Positions 30,501-40,602 of a DNA stretch of 45,782 nucleotides are shown here, piece after piece; position 1 is the first letter of the stretch; each line of letters begins with the position of its first letter. Below the pieces are notes generated by a model. That model made no database searches and had not been told where the DNA came from. It was given only the letters and a program-made list of their open reading frames with translations. Both the position numbers and the translations under genes were made by a program. Origin of the DNA: a virus (Duplodnaviria > Caudoviricetes); the IMG/VR virus record IMGVR_UViG_3300038313_000365, positions 1 through 45,782 of that record; one strand, written 5' to 3'.

Positions 30501-33500
30501 AATGTTTTCACTAAGGAAGGAAAATACGTTCTTAAAGCTGAGTTCATTGAAAATGATGTAAAAGTTACTAAGACTGCGAGTTTAACAGTAACTAATGGTA
30601 CTCCAACAAAAATCTTATGTGGTGATACTGGGGTTGAATCAGAGGATACTATAACTGCACAATTATTAGATGTTTATGATAATCCAATACCTGATAGGGT
30701 AATTAGTATTTATGCTGAGAATGAATTTGTAGGGAAAGCAACAACGGATAAGGAGGGTAAAGCTTTAATACCAGTTGATTATGGTGTTAAGAATGAATCC
30801 TTTGATGAAGTGCATTTAGCATTAAAATTTAAGGCTGATACAGTGTATGCTTCATCTTATCTTAATTTAACAGATTTTAAGATAAGTAAAGCTCAAATGT
30901 GTATTCATACTACTCCTGAACCTAATACTAATGTTAATTGTGGATTCCAAGTACAAACTTATGTCTATGATTGTAAAACAAGTGAAGGGATAAATGATGT
31001 GCAAGTGGAATGGTACTTTGAGCGAGTAACAAATGGTGTTAATCCTAGTCAATGGTTAAAACCACGCACTACAAGAGATAATTTACTGGGTGAGAAAGGT
31101 TATGCGCGAATGCCAATCTTCTATGCAGTAGGAAAATATCTTTTAGGGGTTACAGTAACAGATCCAAAAGGTAGATATGCTACAAGGTCTACAGTAATTA
31201 ATCCAAATACTGGTGAAAAATGGTTGAAAGATGATGGTACACCAGGTAAATATTTATTACCTATAACTATTGTGGATAATCGTGAATCCACCAGTATAAA
31301 AATAGATAGTACTACTGTTGAATCAGGGGATAATTTACTTGTTACTCTTGTTGATAGTGGTGGTAAGCCTTTAAGTGATAAGGAGATTCATTTCTATGAT
31401 CCAAACCATAAAGAATTCCAAACTAGTACTACTGATGTTAATGGTCAAGCACCTGTAAAGTTTACTTGTATGACTCCAAAAGAAAACATTACAATGTATT
31501 ATGGTTATGCTGCCTGTAAAAACATGAATAGTGATGACCCAGTTTGGGATAATGTGTATGCTCCATGTGAAACTAAAAGCCAAATCACCATTACACCAAG
31601 ACATTTAGATTTCACAGACTTAAACATTAAAAATGGAGTCACAGTTGAGAATAATGAAATCGCATTATCAGGAAAAATAGTAGATACTAAGGGAAAATGC
31701 ACAATAGATTACACAGATTATACTGTTACATTAAAGTTTCAACAATACTTTAAAACTACTGGTGAGGTTTCTAAGGAGTGGGAGGAAATACCATTAAATT
31801 GTGAAAGTGATGGATCCTTCATGATGGACTCCACAATAAGCCTACCAGACATTAACACAGTATACTACACTTACACCTTAAGTTTTCAGCATAAGTATAA
31901 TTCTGCAGATCCATGGTTCTTGGATGAAATTTCTGCACCTGTTAAATTTTACATTACACGTGGTGAGGGGACAAATGGAGTAACAATAGATTTAGATACT
32001 AATCCCTGTTTAACTGTTGCTCATGGTTCAAGTTTTGATTTAATCGCAACAATCAAAGGAGACCTATTAGAAAGTGGTCAATATGATATTCCAAAGGGTT
32101 ATGTGAAATTCATTAACAAAAACAATGTAACTGTAGGTACTGCTGATGTGGATAATAGGACTGGGCAAGCATCCTGCAATATCTTTGCTGATGCACCAGT
32201 AGGTGAAACATTAAACTTTTATGCACAATTCTACAGTACAGATTACCATTACCATGATTATCTTTCTACTGCGGAGTATAATCGGAAGTATACATATATT
32301 AAAGTTGTGGATAAGAAAGGTTTAGCTTTAACAGGTTTGAGTATTAATCAGGGGGATACTATTCTTGTTGGTCAGACTAAGCTTTCAGGAGTATTATATA
32401 ATAGTAATGATTATGTTCAAGGTTTAGAAGATAAGAGTTTAACTAATCCACAAAAAACTGATTATGGTGTGAATGATGTTAAATTAAGCATCACCTTTAG
32501 TCGTTATGTGAAAGGATATAAGACGGGTACTACTCATGAATACCTTGTAACAAGTCATACAAGTGATGGTCAAGCTGGTTTTTGGACTATGAGTACACCA
32601 ATAACATTAGATCCTGGGAAAAATGGAGAATACAGATACACTTACACTATTAAATATTCACATGAAAATAATTTGAATGATACATTTTATGCTGATATGG
32701 AAACTAATCCAGTATGGTTTACAACTGCTCATGCAAGTATTACTACTCCTATTGTGAATTTGTATGCTTCACCAACAACAGTAAGTCAAGGAGATACATA
32801 TACCCTTACTGCTCGGGTGGATCCAAGTATTACAGGTATGATTTATATTGAAAATCAGAATAAAGTAGTACTAGTAAATGATACAATCAAGAATGGTATT
32901 GTATCAACAAGTGGTATTGTAACTACAAGTCAAGTAAGTACATTCACTTTCACTGCTCATTTTACAAGTGATACTGGTGATTATAATGATGCAAGCTCTA
33001 ATCAAGTAACTGTAAATGTTATAAAAGCCACCACTACCCCTACATCTACTACTGTGGTTGTGAATAATACTAAAGGTACAACTAATCAGTTAGTTAAGGG
33101 AGATACTTATACTGTTACTGCAAGCACTTTAGGTGAGGATGGTGTTATTGGTACTGGAACTGTTAGTATACGTTTAACTGGTGGGGATAATGTTAGTAAG
33201 GTTGTTAGTAGTGGTACTTTAGTTGCAGGTTCATATACATCTGATACTTTAACTTTTAGTGAGGAAGATGGTACTTATATTTATTATGCTGATTTCACGA
33301 GTTCTAATGATACTTATGCTGGTAGTACTGGTCAAACCCCACAAATTAAGGCTTCTTCAACAGCTAAATCCACTAAAACAACTTTAAGTAAAATATCACC
33401 AGAATCAGGTTCAGCAACAGGTACATTTACAGCATCAGTAACCGTTACATCCTCATCTGGCACACCAACAGGAAACGTAATAGTTTATATGGCTGGTGAA

Positions 33501-35135
33501 TATGCTGGTGAGGGAACGTTATCTGGGGGTAGTGTAAGCGTTAGTTGTAGTTATTCAAATAAGAGTTCTGGATCTTATCTTATCACTGCTCATTATGAGG
33601 GTGATAGTACTTATGGTAATAGTGATAGTAGTAATTCATTGTCATTGCAGGTTACAGGTTCTGGTCAAGATGCAGGTTTATCTATTACTGCTCCTTCATC
33701 TTTAAATGTTGATGAGGAGGATACTGCTTATGCAAGTGTTAAGACTGGTGCTTATGGTAATATTACAATTTATGTTGATGGTGTGGAACAAATTACTCAA
33801 GGTTGTGGAGCTGGTATACCAATAGCTACTGATTTGAAATTTACAAGTGCTGGTACTCATACTGTATCAGCAAAATATGTATCCACTACTAAGGAGTATG
33901 CCTCATCAACTACAAATGTGTCTAAAACCATTACTGTTAAAAGTGCATCTTCAACTAATACACCTGTTGTAACTTTGTCTGGTGTTTCTAGTGCTTATAC
34001 TATTGGTGATAGTAGTACTTGGACTGCAAATGTTACTAATCGTAGTGGTGGTACACTTAATATTTATTGGAAAGGATCAAGTGTTGCTTCTACAAGTTCT
34101 AATAGTTCAGTTTCTTATGGTTTTTCAGCAGCCAGTACAGGTACATGGAATGTTTATGCAAGATACACTTCATCAGCAGGTGTAAACTATGACAGTAGTA
34201 CTTATACTGTTAGTATTTCATCACCACCATCATCATCCGTTGTAACTTTACCTATTAGTGTTAGTAGTAATGCTTCTGGATTAGTTGAGGGGTCAGCTGC
34301 TAGTTTCACGGTATTTGCATATTCTTCTAATTCTGCAGCGAATGGTAAAACGATTTATTTGGATGGTCCTTATGCTGGTAGTACACGGACAATGAGTAAT
34401 GGGTCTTGTTCATGGGGTATTAGTGTTCCTGCATCCGAGGTGAATAGTGGTAGTTTTAATTATACTGCTAGTGTTTCTGGTTATGATAATTATACTGGAA
34501 GTGGTTCTACATCTGTAAGTGTTAGTTCCTTACCTGATCCTAATTTAGGTTTAAGTGTTACAAGCCAAGCAGTCTATATTGGACAATCAGTGTATTATAC
34601 TGCTAGTGTTCCATCAGCAAGTGGTACTTTAACTATATTGCAGAATAATTATGCTGCAAAAACTGGAAAAGTTAGTGGTGGTGGAAGTATAAGTACAGGT
34701 TCAAATAGTGCCACTGCAGATTATTTAGGATATAATAGTATAACAGCAACATTCCAATATAACAACAATATTAAAGTATTTAATGCAGGACCTACTACGG
34801 TTAATGTTCTTAAAAATGATTTGAAGACTTTTACTATTACTCCATCTACGAGTACGGTTTATAATGGTACTAATTATAGTTTTAGTATTGAACTTCGGCC
34901 TCAAAGTTGGTGTGAAGCAAAAGGAACAGTAAGTGTATACCTACAGAATACTACTAATGATTTAACTGGTGGTGGATGGGCTGCAAGTGGAACAGGTGGA
35001 GTGATGAGTACAAGTACTTATACTGCAAGTGGAATGACAACTAGTGGAACTTTCACTTTCCTTGCAGTATTCACACCATCCAATAGTAATTATAATAGTA
35101 AAACAGCTACATGTACTATTCAAGGTAGGGTATGA
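27537..35135 (+). CDS. Giant 2532-aa baseplate wedge (gpI-like N-terminus) fused to many Ig-like adhesin repeats
   Basis: Follows J; HDQVLDLIGGNLDIPR...EEDDYHYHNRI wedge pattern, then about 2000 aa of Big-type repeats (e.g. ITAHYEGDSTYGNS). Confidence 0.75.
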   Translation: MRIPQIDKLLHQYPSFLDRCKTSNHYRVNNVMNDSYNHLRMGLNKLDLSRTLNRPILIWKEQNQSKHYTIHFQVHLKNIKEVNIYNLDPSTQKSVLLHNESFTDESGTEIFNYETNEFSSNIIPKTEYLITVETWDEYKYVKGFPENEDKTGLWYNAYLDPDTSLEDYKIHIDLYPDEVGVMGDVKVFQLHNKVWEEQSLTWQKQYLKTYSISEIKSIHNKLTNILEYEEQWKDIDLTQFKENKEYVSSILARVNPFWEENFTTYLDSNPEYLKTLLHNNQELILENLKKYQGTVKQVWINIGDNDYIPTGAEVKLTTSVEKKEETYTSGDDYFDQDEGYTCDYLLYIESTDDYFMTTYFGAKNECLSVNCFNHDQVLDLIGGNLDIPRLQLTQVSPSEYPTTYPSFCNRFEEDDYHYHNRIQEYILRLPCNIHSKEDADEGVPKELLENIISKPTRNLTELEIWKNHLVTPKLYNRKRYILEQDQDYMWERVCDEVNEEQSLQTSLSFVTSPDAVILDRKLVKVHVTSSELNSETSKPIIDDVLEGSVTFTFYSDNTRKTVQEAWTAPVLDGYASINFVPESFKEIPISAVYSGSDLYSSTELVNQDLQVHQRLPKLIAPMVMGNQGDTDPEYNLNLIDLKVELSYKKKPVNVGKIIFYYGNNQSVGTAVVENGLATFKDFTIPSSWGVGEHYLKIKYIDEEDEIYADIDSIIKIFILKVPDHSRLDSVYYFNSGLGLRLLSSPADTENYTPLPDCTLHLYQNKTEIAHNKTDNNGYSFFKSKDNGEDFDFTTMDIISVYYHGDDEHRKIWQQIYPISTQYTPITCINMIFINPRTVFFKLSDGDGYTLKGKPLMIYSNGKPLLNDYIRQGSDWIRWDLPGDMGDEDIYSIKYNGDKYYKPVIRTVPTSNTVDGYNLFLPDVRGIVGGTASIYAKLRNSHGYPVTDKYINFYVDDYNFGGAWTGTDGEANINYPVNTINADGDYLTDNVFTKEGKYVLKAEFIENDVKVTKTASLTVTNGTPTKILCGDTGVESEDTITAQLLDVYDNPIPDRVISIYAENEFVGKATTDKEGKALIPVDYGVKNESFDEVHLALKFKADTVYASSYLNLTDFKISKAQMCIHTTPEPNTNVNCGFQVQTYVYDCKTSEGINDVQVEWYFERVTNGVNPSQWLKPRTTRDNLLGEKGYARMPIFYAVGKYLLGVTVTDPKGRYATRSTVINPNTGEKWLKDDGTPGKYLLPITIVDNRESTSIKIDSTTVESGDNLLVTLVDSGGKPLSDKEIHFYDPNHKEFQTSTTDVNGQAPVKFTCMTPKENITMYYGYAACKNMNSDDPVWDNVYAPCETKSQITITPRHLDFTDLNIKNGVTVENNEIALSGKIVDTKGKCTIDYTDYTVTLKFQQYFKTTGEVSKEWEEIPLNCESDGSFMMDSTISLPDINTVYYTYTLSFQHKYNSADPWFLDEISAPVKFYITRGEGTNGVTIDLDTNPCLTVAHGSSFDLIATIKGDLLESGQYDIPKGYVKFINKNNVTVGTADVDNRTGQASCNIFADAPVGETLNFYAQFYSTDYHYHDYLSTAEYNRKYTYIKVVDKKGLALTGLSINQGDTILVGQTKLSGVLYNSNDYVQGLEDKSLTNPQKTDYGVNDVKLSITFSRYVKGYKTGTTHEYLVTSHTSDGQAGFWTMSTPITLDPGKNGEYRYTYTIKYSHENNLNDTFYADMETNPVWFTTAHASITTPIVNLYASPTTVSQGDTYTLTARVDPSITGMIYIENQNKVVLVNDTIKNGIVSTSGIVTTSQVSTFTFTAHFTSDTGDYNDASSNQVTVNVIKATTTPTSTTVVVNNTKGTTNQLVKGDTYTVTASTLGEDGVIGTGTVSIRLTGGDNVSKVVSSGTLVAGSYTSDTLTFSEEDGTYIYYADFTSSNDTYAGSTGQTPQIKASSTAKSTKTTLSKISPESGSATGTFTASVTVTSSSGTPTGNVIVYMAGEYAGEGTLSGGSVSVSCSYSNKSSGSYLITAHYEGDSTYGNSDSSNSLSLQVTGSGQDAGLSITAPSSLNVDEEDTAYASVKTGAYGNITIYVDGVEQITQGCGAGIPIATDLKFTSAGTHTVSAKYVSTTKEYASSTTNVSKTITVKSASSTNTPVVTLSGVSSAYTIGDSSTWTANVTNRSGGTLNIYWKGSSVASTSSNSSVSYGFSAASTGTWNVYARYTSSAGVNYDSSTYTVSISSPPSSSVVTLPISVSSNASGLVEGSAASFTVFAYSSNSAANGKTIYLDGPYAGSTRTMSNGSCSWGISVPASEVNSGSFNYTASVSGYDNYTGSGSTSVSVSSLPDPNLGLSVTSQAVYIGQSVYYTASVPSASGTLTILQNNYAAKTGKVSGGGSISTGSNSATADYLGYNSITATFQYNNNIKVFNAGPTTVNVLKNDLKTFTITPSTSTVYNGTNYSFSIELRPQSWCEAKGTVSVYLQNTTNDLTGGGWAASGTGGVMSTSTYTASGMTTSGTFTFLAVFTPSNSNYNSKTATCTIQGRV

Positions 35136-36136
35136 AGACAAAGCATAAAGTGATAATAGGGAATTCACAAAATCTTGAAGAAATCCAGGATGAAAGTGCG
35201 GATCTTGTAATTACTTCTCCACCTTATCCTATGGTTGAGATGTGGGATTCCCTCTTCATCCAATTAAATCCATTAATTGAAAAATATCTAAATGAAGGTA
35301 ATGGAAGAGAAGTATACTATTTAATATGGAAGGAGTTAGATAAAGTTTACATGGAACTAGCTAGAGTGATTAAACCTGGTGGAATCATCTGTATAAATAT
35401 AGGTGATGCAACCAGAAAAATAGGTAAATATTTCCAGTCTTATCCTAATCATTCACACACTATAGAATTTTTCACTAAGCAAGGTTTACAGGTTCTACCA
35501 GAGATTATTTGGAGGAAGAAATCTAATAAACCTAATAAATTCATGGGTTCAGGTATGCTACCACCTAATGCATACATTACACAAGAACATGAATACATCC
35601 TAATCTTTAGAAAAGAGGGAAACAGACAATTCCACACAGATGAGAAACTTAATAGGTATAGTAGTGCTTTTTTCTTTGAGGAGAGGAATAAATGGTTCAG
35701 AGATTTATGGAGTGATATTCCAGGTACACGTCAGAAAATGAATGGTGTATCAAGAAATCGTAATGGTGCATACCCATTAGAAATACCTTATAGGTTAATT
35801 AATATGTTTAGTGTGAAAGGGGATACTATTCTTGATCCTTTCCTAGGTACTGGTACCACTATGACAGCTGCTATACTGAATCAGAGAAACAGTATAGGTT
35901 ATGAAATAGACCCCGGTTTTAAAGAAGTAATATTTGAAAATATTAAAGAAAACTTAAAAGAAGATACTAGAAATCAGGACAGATTAAAATATCACTTAGA
36001 ATGTATAGAGAATTGTAAATATGAATCACAAGTTTATGATTTTAAGGTGAAAACACGACAAGAAACTAAACTTAAGATTCCAGAGTTAAAAGACATTGAA
36101 ATTGAGGAAAATAATTTAATTACAAGATACAATTAA
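35132..36136 (+). CDS. Orphan amino-DNA methyltransferase, beta class (N4-C likely, N6-A possible)
   Basis: Motif IV DLVITSPPY precedes motif I ILDPFLGTGTT. Confidence 0.9.
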   Translation: MKTKHKVIIGNSQNLEEIQDESADLVITSPPYPMVEMWDSLFIQLNPLIEKYLNEGNGREVYYLIWKELDKVYMELARVIKPGGIICINIGDATRKIGKYFQSYPNHSHTIEFFTKQGLQVLPEIIWRKKSNKPNKFMGSGMLPPNAYITQEHEYILIFRKEGNRQFHTDEKLNRYSSAFFFEERNKWFRDLWSDIPGTRQKMNGVSRNRNGAYPLEIPYRLINMFSVKGDTILDPFLGTGTTMTAAILNQRNSIGYEIDPGFKEVIFENIKENLKEDTRNQDRLKYHLECIENCKYESQVYDFKVKTRQETKLKIPELKDIEIEENNLITRYN

Positions 36137-36157
36137 AAGGAGAAGAAAATATAAGAT

Positions 36158-36472
36158 ATGAAGGATTTAAATGAGTATTTACAGGATTATGCTATTTACT
36201 TGTTTAAGAATAATGATTCTGAAAAGGAATTCTTGGATTTTTTAGATTTAAAAAACATGATAACCTATATTACAAACCATGATTTAATGAATAAAGACAA
36301 TATTGGTTTTATAAATGATTTATTGGATTCTTTTTTTAGATTAAATGCTCAAGATTTTAATGAATACTTAAAAAAGAAAATGGAATATTTTTATACTGAA
36401 ATCTATATTGAAGATCATGAAATTAAAGAGATGATTGTAGATTTTTCAAATCAAGTAATGAATAAAAATTGA
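36158..36472 (+). CDS. Hypothetical acidic protein
   Basis: AGGAG RBS and 104-aa ORF; no motif recognised. Confidence 0.6.
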   Translation: MKDLNEYLQDYAIYLFKNNDSEKEFLDFLDLKNMITYITNHDLMNKDNIGFINDLLDSFFRLNAQDFNEYLKKKMEYFYTEIYIEDHEIKEMIVDFSNQVMNKN

Positions 36473-36496
36473 AAAGGAGAAAATTAAGATAAGATT

Positions 36497-37048
36497 ATGA
36501 CTGATAGTAAAACAACAGCAACAATAGATGTAGGAACAGATACAGAAACAAATAGTAACACTGCAACCATTAAAATGAAGGATCATGATGGAAACCCATT
36601 AGATACAGTAGTTATGAGTACAGGGTCAACCAGTACGGATTTAAGTGAATTGTTATATGATCCAGAAAGTGTTGGAGGAAATCATAGTAATACAATAACT
36701 GTATCTCGTAAAGGTGATATGGTGATTTATAAAGCTATTAACTTAGCTAATATTCCACTTGGTAATCTTGCAGTTCAGGGTTCTACTAATGGTTGGCATA
36801 AAGTAACTGAAGTACCTTGTGTTTCTAGTGAGTATCTTTCAGGACAAATTGAATGGTTCTACAAGCATGCAATTTTGCATATTGAACCTGCAAGTAATAC
36901 AAGTTATGCATACCCTGTAAGTATTGCAATAGGGACTGATGGTAGTTTGAATTTAAGATTAGAGCGGAGTAAAGATTTAAGTAAAGCTACTTATACCGTT
37001 TCTGGTTTAAACTTCACACTAGTCTGGTTTGTAAACACTAAAGGTTAA
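36497..37048 (+). CDS. Putative tail fibre/receptor-binding head domain protein
   Basis: Beta-rich ITVSRKGDMV...IAIGTDGSLNL pattern; lies among baseplate genes. Confidence 0.45.
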   Translation: MTDSKTTATIDVGTDTETNSNTATIKMKDHDGNPLDTVVMSTGSTSTDLSELLYDPESVGGNHSNTITVSRKGDMVIYKAINLANIPLGNLAVQGSTNGWHKVTEVPCVSSEYLSGQIEWFYKHAILHIEPASNTSYAYPVSIAIGTDGSLNLRLERSKDLSKATYTVSGLNFTLVWFVNTKG

Positions 37049-37050
37049 AC

Positions 37051-37305
37051 ATGACTAATAAAGATAATAGTTTACCAGTTTGTAATCAGAAGTATCAGAA
37101 AACTAAATGGGAATGGAACAGTAATGTATGTGATGTATACTTAGATTATGATAAAATACCCTCAAATCTTAAAATCACAGTAAATGAAGATATTAATGCA
37201 ATACTGGAGAGGACTTTACCTGCAAGTAAACATGGATATTTGAATTTAACTAAAACTATTCCGAAATATTATTTGAAACTTAAAGGAGAATACACTTTAA
37301 AATGA
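37051..37305 (+). CDS. Small baseplate protein, possibly the detached C-terminus of the gpI-like wedge
   Basis: DINAILERTLPA resembles the C-terminal I..l....PA motif of gpI/XkdU-type wedges. Confidence 0.4.
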   Translation: MTNKDNSLPVCNQKYQKTKWEWNSNVCDVYLDYDKIPSNLKITVNEDINAILERTLPASKHGYLNLTKTIPKYYLKLKGEYTLK

Positions 37306-38030
37306 TTAAAGGAGAATACAAGATAAGTAACAGTAAAGGTGAAACTCTGCTTCATCATTTTAACCTCATCACAAAGAGTGGTGAGGAGTACTTTCTTCGC
37401 CGATGGATAAGTCAAACAAGTGAAGTAATAAACAGTGTAGGTGTAAGTACAGGAACCAACAATCCCACATGGAATGATACAGGATTAAACATAGTATTCG
37501 AGAATAGTGAAATAGTATATCCTAAATTTGTAACACCTTCCAAAAAAATAAATCTTAACAATAAAGAAGTAATATTAGAAGCAACTTTTCCATCTGACAC
37601 CATCAACAACACTACCGAAATAGGGGTATATGCATCTAATGGAACACCAACCTACAATACTGTAACTGGAACTTATAGTAATGCAGTCCTTATTAGTCAT
37701 GATGTTTATTCTAAGATTACTGCTCCAAGCAATAGTGAATTAACCCTAAATTACCGGTTTAGTATAGATAATTCCAGGGAGGTTAAATCTTGGACAAATT
37801 ACTACCTTGAAACAAGTACTGGAATGATAAACACTAATGTTTACTACGTTGATTTAAGTGAAACAATAATTAAGATTACAGAGGATAATTTCACCACCTA
37901 CACCCAAGTAGAATCATTAGATACTGTGATAAATCAGACAGGAACCTATATTCAAGAGGATGGGAAAGTTTACATCCACACAACAGACAGTGAAAAACCT
38001 GATGATCATGAAATAAACATAGAATACTAA
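37302..38030 (+). CDS. Baseplate/tail-fibre attachment protein (gpH N-terminal-like)
   Basis: NLITKSGEEYF, VGVSTGTNNPT..DTGL and TEIGVYA motifs. Confidence 0.65.
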   Translation: MIKGEYKISNSKGETLLHHFNLITKSGEEYFLRRWISQTSEVINSVGVSTGTNNPTWNDTGLNIVFENSEIVYPKFVTPSKKINLNNKEVILEATFPSDTINNTTEIGVYASNGTPTYNTVTGTYSNAVLISHDVYSKITAPSNSELTLNYRFSIDNSREVKSWTNYYLETSTGMINTNVYYVDLSETIIKITEDNFTTYTQVESLDTVINQTGTYIQEDGKVYIHTTDSEKPDDHEINIEY

Positions 38031-38043
38031 GGAGAAATAGATT

Positions 38044-40590
38044 TTGACAAATTGTGATAAAAAATACACTTACATCCAAAGTGAGAATTTTGGTAATCGT
38101 AGAAAAGTAACAAGCACACTCCTTCAAACATATGCAGAAAACGACACATGGCTACGAGATGAAATCGATAAATTATGGGACAGTACCGACCCTGAGAATC
38201 GGCATGTATTCCACCCACCACTTGTAAATCCTTATTTAAGTTATGGTGTAATACCAAATGGAAGTGATGCATACAGTTTCAGTAACAACACAGAGTGGAC
38301 AGGTAGTACAGATTTTAAAAACTACCTACCCATAGACACTATTAAAACTGATGCTTATATTAACCTTGAATCCGGACTAGCTACACTTAGACCAGTACAA
38401 GACGAGGATGTGAGTAGTGTTGAGTTTCAGGGGCCATGGCCTACTGGTTTAAGTGGATGTAATGAACACTGGTATATAAGTTTTAATAGAAGTAAAACTT
38501 ATGAAGCTAAAGATACTTGGATAAAAAATCAGGATAATGTGGAGATACCATGTACCTGTAGGGCTCAAACCTTTAACACTGGAGAAGTGGAAGGATACCT
38601 GGAAACTTTAAACCTTAACCTCATCGGTACCAGCAAAGCAGAATACCCCCTTATAATTGAAGTAAGAGATGAGGGTATGAATCGGGTTCTAGCTAGGGCT
38701 GAGTGGAAACCTGAAACTACAAGTTTTGGTGGAATCGTAAGTATAATCTTTAAAGATCCAGCTAAACTAGAAAAAAACACAAGCTACAGTTTCACACTTA
38801 GAAGTCCATTAACAAGTTACAATAACCACTACAGTATAGGAGGATGGAGTAAACCTTGCTTTGACACCACCAAAAAAGACACCACTGGAACAGTAATCAC
38901 CCCATATACGAAAGGACAAGCATATTTAAGTGAGAATAATTTTGCAAGTACTATATGTTTTGGAAAAAGTGAAAAGTTAGATTATCATGAAGGTAAGAAT
39001 GCACCAGTAGATTTTGCATTCCAATGCATCATCAGACCCAGCATCCACTACACCGTTAACACTACAGAGTATGTATACTTTAAACCTCAAGAAATGAATC
39101 CAATAATAAATACTTATCTTGTAGATCCTGTTTATTCTGAGTTTGCAAGTACAAATCTTACTTTTGAGGTTTCAAGTACTGGTAAAGAGAATAGTTGGAA
39201 AACTTTAAATAAGGATAATGGAGGTGCTATACAATGGGAAAGTAAATATGGAATAACACCAACAAGACTATTTGTACGTGTAGGTTTACAAACAAGCAAC
39301 TCCAGTATTACTCCTTCTGTGGATTATTTGAGATTACTTTGTCATACTAAACCTGCATTAGAGGGAAGGATTAGGACTTACCCATGGTGTCCTGAAAAAC
39401 GTGACATTCTCGGAGCATCCTGTTGGAGCCAGATAGATGCACCTTATTATTTTGAACCTGGAACCTTTGATGTGGATGCTAATCCTGTAGCTCCTCAAAT
39501 TGATGGGGAAGATGCAGTAAAAGTTTTAATAGATATTGTAAGGGATAAAGTAAACATTGAAAGATTTAAAATAATAGACATAAATGATTTATCCTCATAT
39601 TTCACTAATCCAGAACTAATCACAGCATTCCTGAATAAGGTTTATAGTAAAAGTTTTGATTATAGTAATCCTGAGGATGCAAAAACCATTACTGATTACA
39701 TTAACACCCTAATTGCTGAATTGAAGGAGATTACTGCTGATGAAACAGTAATTTATGATACAGGTAAGATTCAAGAATGGATTAATGGAACAGCTAATAG
39801 TAAAGATATTAATGGTGATTACACTAAAACAGAAGGAAAAGAATTCATAAATTATCTTCAAAGTTTAAGTGTATACCTAAGTACAAATTCAGGTAGCTTT
39901 AATTTTAATCAATCACCAGCTTATCCAATAATCAATGTAAGTTATCAATCAAATACTGAGAATAGTAATATTGAAAACCTAACCGAATTTGTAGATTACC
40001 AAGTAGATTATGATAAAGACACTATCACCTTCATCAACGAAGATAACACCACCAAAAATATTAATCCGGGTACAATAACTTTAGAATACAATCCATTATT
40101 TGTAAAAGGATTAAACACTTACAGTCTACCATTGGCATTAGATTTATTTATTGAAAACTTCACCATCAATGACACAAGTAATGATAAATTAACAACTAAT
40201 GATAATGGTGATAGTGTTTACTCTTTAGCAGTAGAACCCATGAATGCCATACGGAAGATTGTGGTTAATCCAGAAACCAACAATGAAATAGAGTTAATTG
40301 AAAACTTAGACTATGATGTGGATTACCAAAACAGATTAGTAACCTTGCACCCTGTAAGAACCGTGAATAGAACAGTGCAAAAGGTAACAGAAAACGGGGA
40401 TAATACAGAATGCCCATACAAAGTAATAATGGAAAGTAACACCACAGTACTAAATAGTGGTGATAATGTGGAAATCCATTACACACCATATTTACCAGAT
40501 AATGGATTAAGCATAGTATACAGGTTAAAACGTTACAGTAAAGATTATGATGTGATAATTCAACCTAATTATTTACAATACAGAATCTAA
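38044..40590 (+). CDS. Large virion structural protein (beta-sandwich rich)
   Basis: 848 aa with repeated LxExxDYxVDY motifs; last gene of the tail module; AAGGAG RBS. Confidence 0.6.
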   Translation: MTNCDKKYTYIQSENFGNRRKVTSTLLQTYAENDTWLRDEIDKLWDSTDPENRHVFHPPLVNPYLSYGVIPNGSDAYSFSNNTEWTGSTDFKNYLPIDTIKTDAYINLESGLATLRPVQDEDVSSVEFQGPWPTGLSGCNEHWYISFNRSKTYEAKDTWIKNQDNVEIPCTCRAQTFNTGEVEGYLETLNLNLIGTSKAEYPLIIEVRDEGMNRVLARAEWKPETTSFGGIVSIIFKDPAKLEKNTSYSFTLRSPLTSYNNHYSIGGWSKPCFDTTKKDTTGTVITPYTKGQAYLSENNFASTICFGKSEKLDYHEGKNAPVDFAFQCIIRPSIHYTVNTTEYVYFKPQEMNPIINTYLVDPVYSEFASTNLTFEVSSTGKENSWKTLNKDNGGAIQWESKYGITPTRLFVRVGLQTSNSSITPSVDYLRLLCHTKPALEGRIRTYPWCPEKRDILGASCWSQIDAPYYFEPGTFDVDANPVAPQIDGEDAVKVLIDIVRDKVNIERFKIIDINDLSSYFTNPELITAFLNKVYSKSFDYSNPEDAKTITDYINTLIAELKEITADETVIYDTGKIQEWINGTANSKDINGDYTKTEGKEFINYLQSLSVYLSTNSGSFNFNQSPAYPIINVSYQSNTENSNIENLTEFVDYQVDYDKDTITFINEDNTTKNINPGTITLEYNPLFVKGLNTYSLPLALDLFIENFTINDTSNDKLTTNDNGDSVYSLAVEPMNAIRKIVVNPETNNEIELIENLDYDVDYQNRLVTLHPVRTVNRTVQKVTENGDNTECPYKVIMESNTTVLNSGDNVEIHYTPYLPDNGLSIVYRLKRYSKDYDVIIQPNYLQYRI

Positions 40591-40602
40591 AAGACTGATG
40601 AA

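Noticed and set aside
11076-38030. Canonical eCIS (Afp/PVC) or T6SS locus
   Set aside because: Terminase, portal and capsid genes are present, and no Afp15-like AAA ATPase, DUF4255 cap or membrane complex is recognisable.
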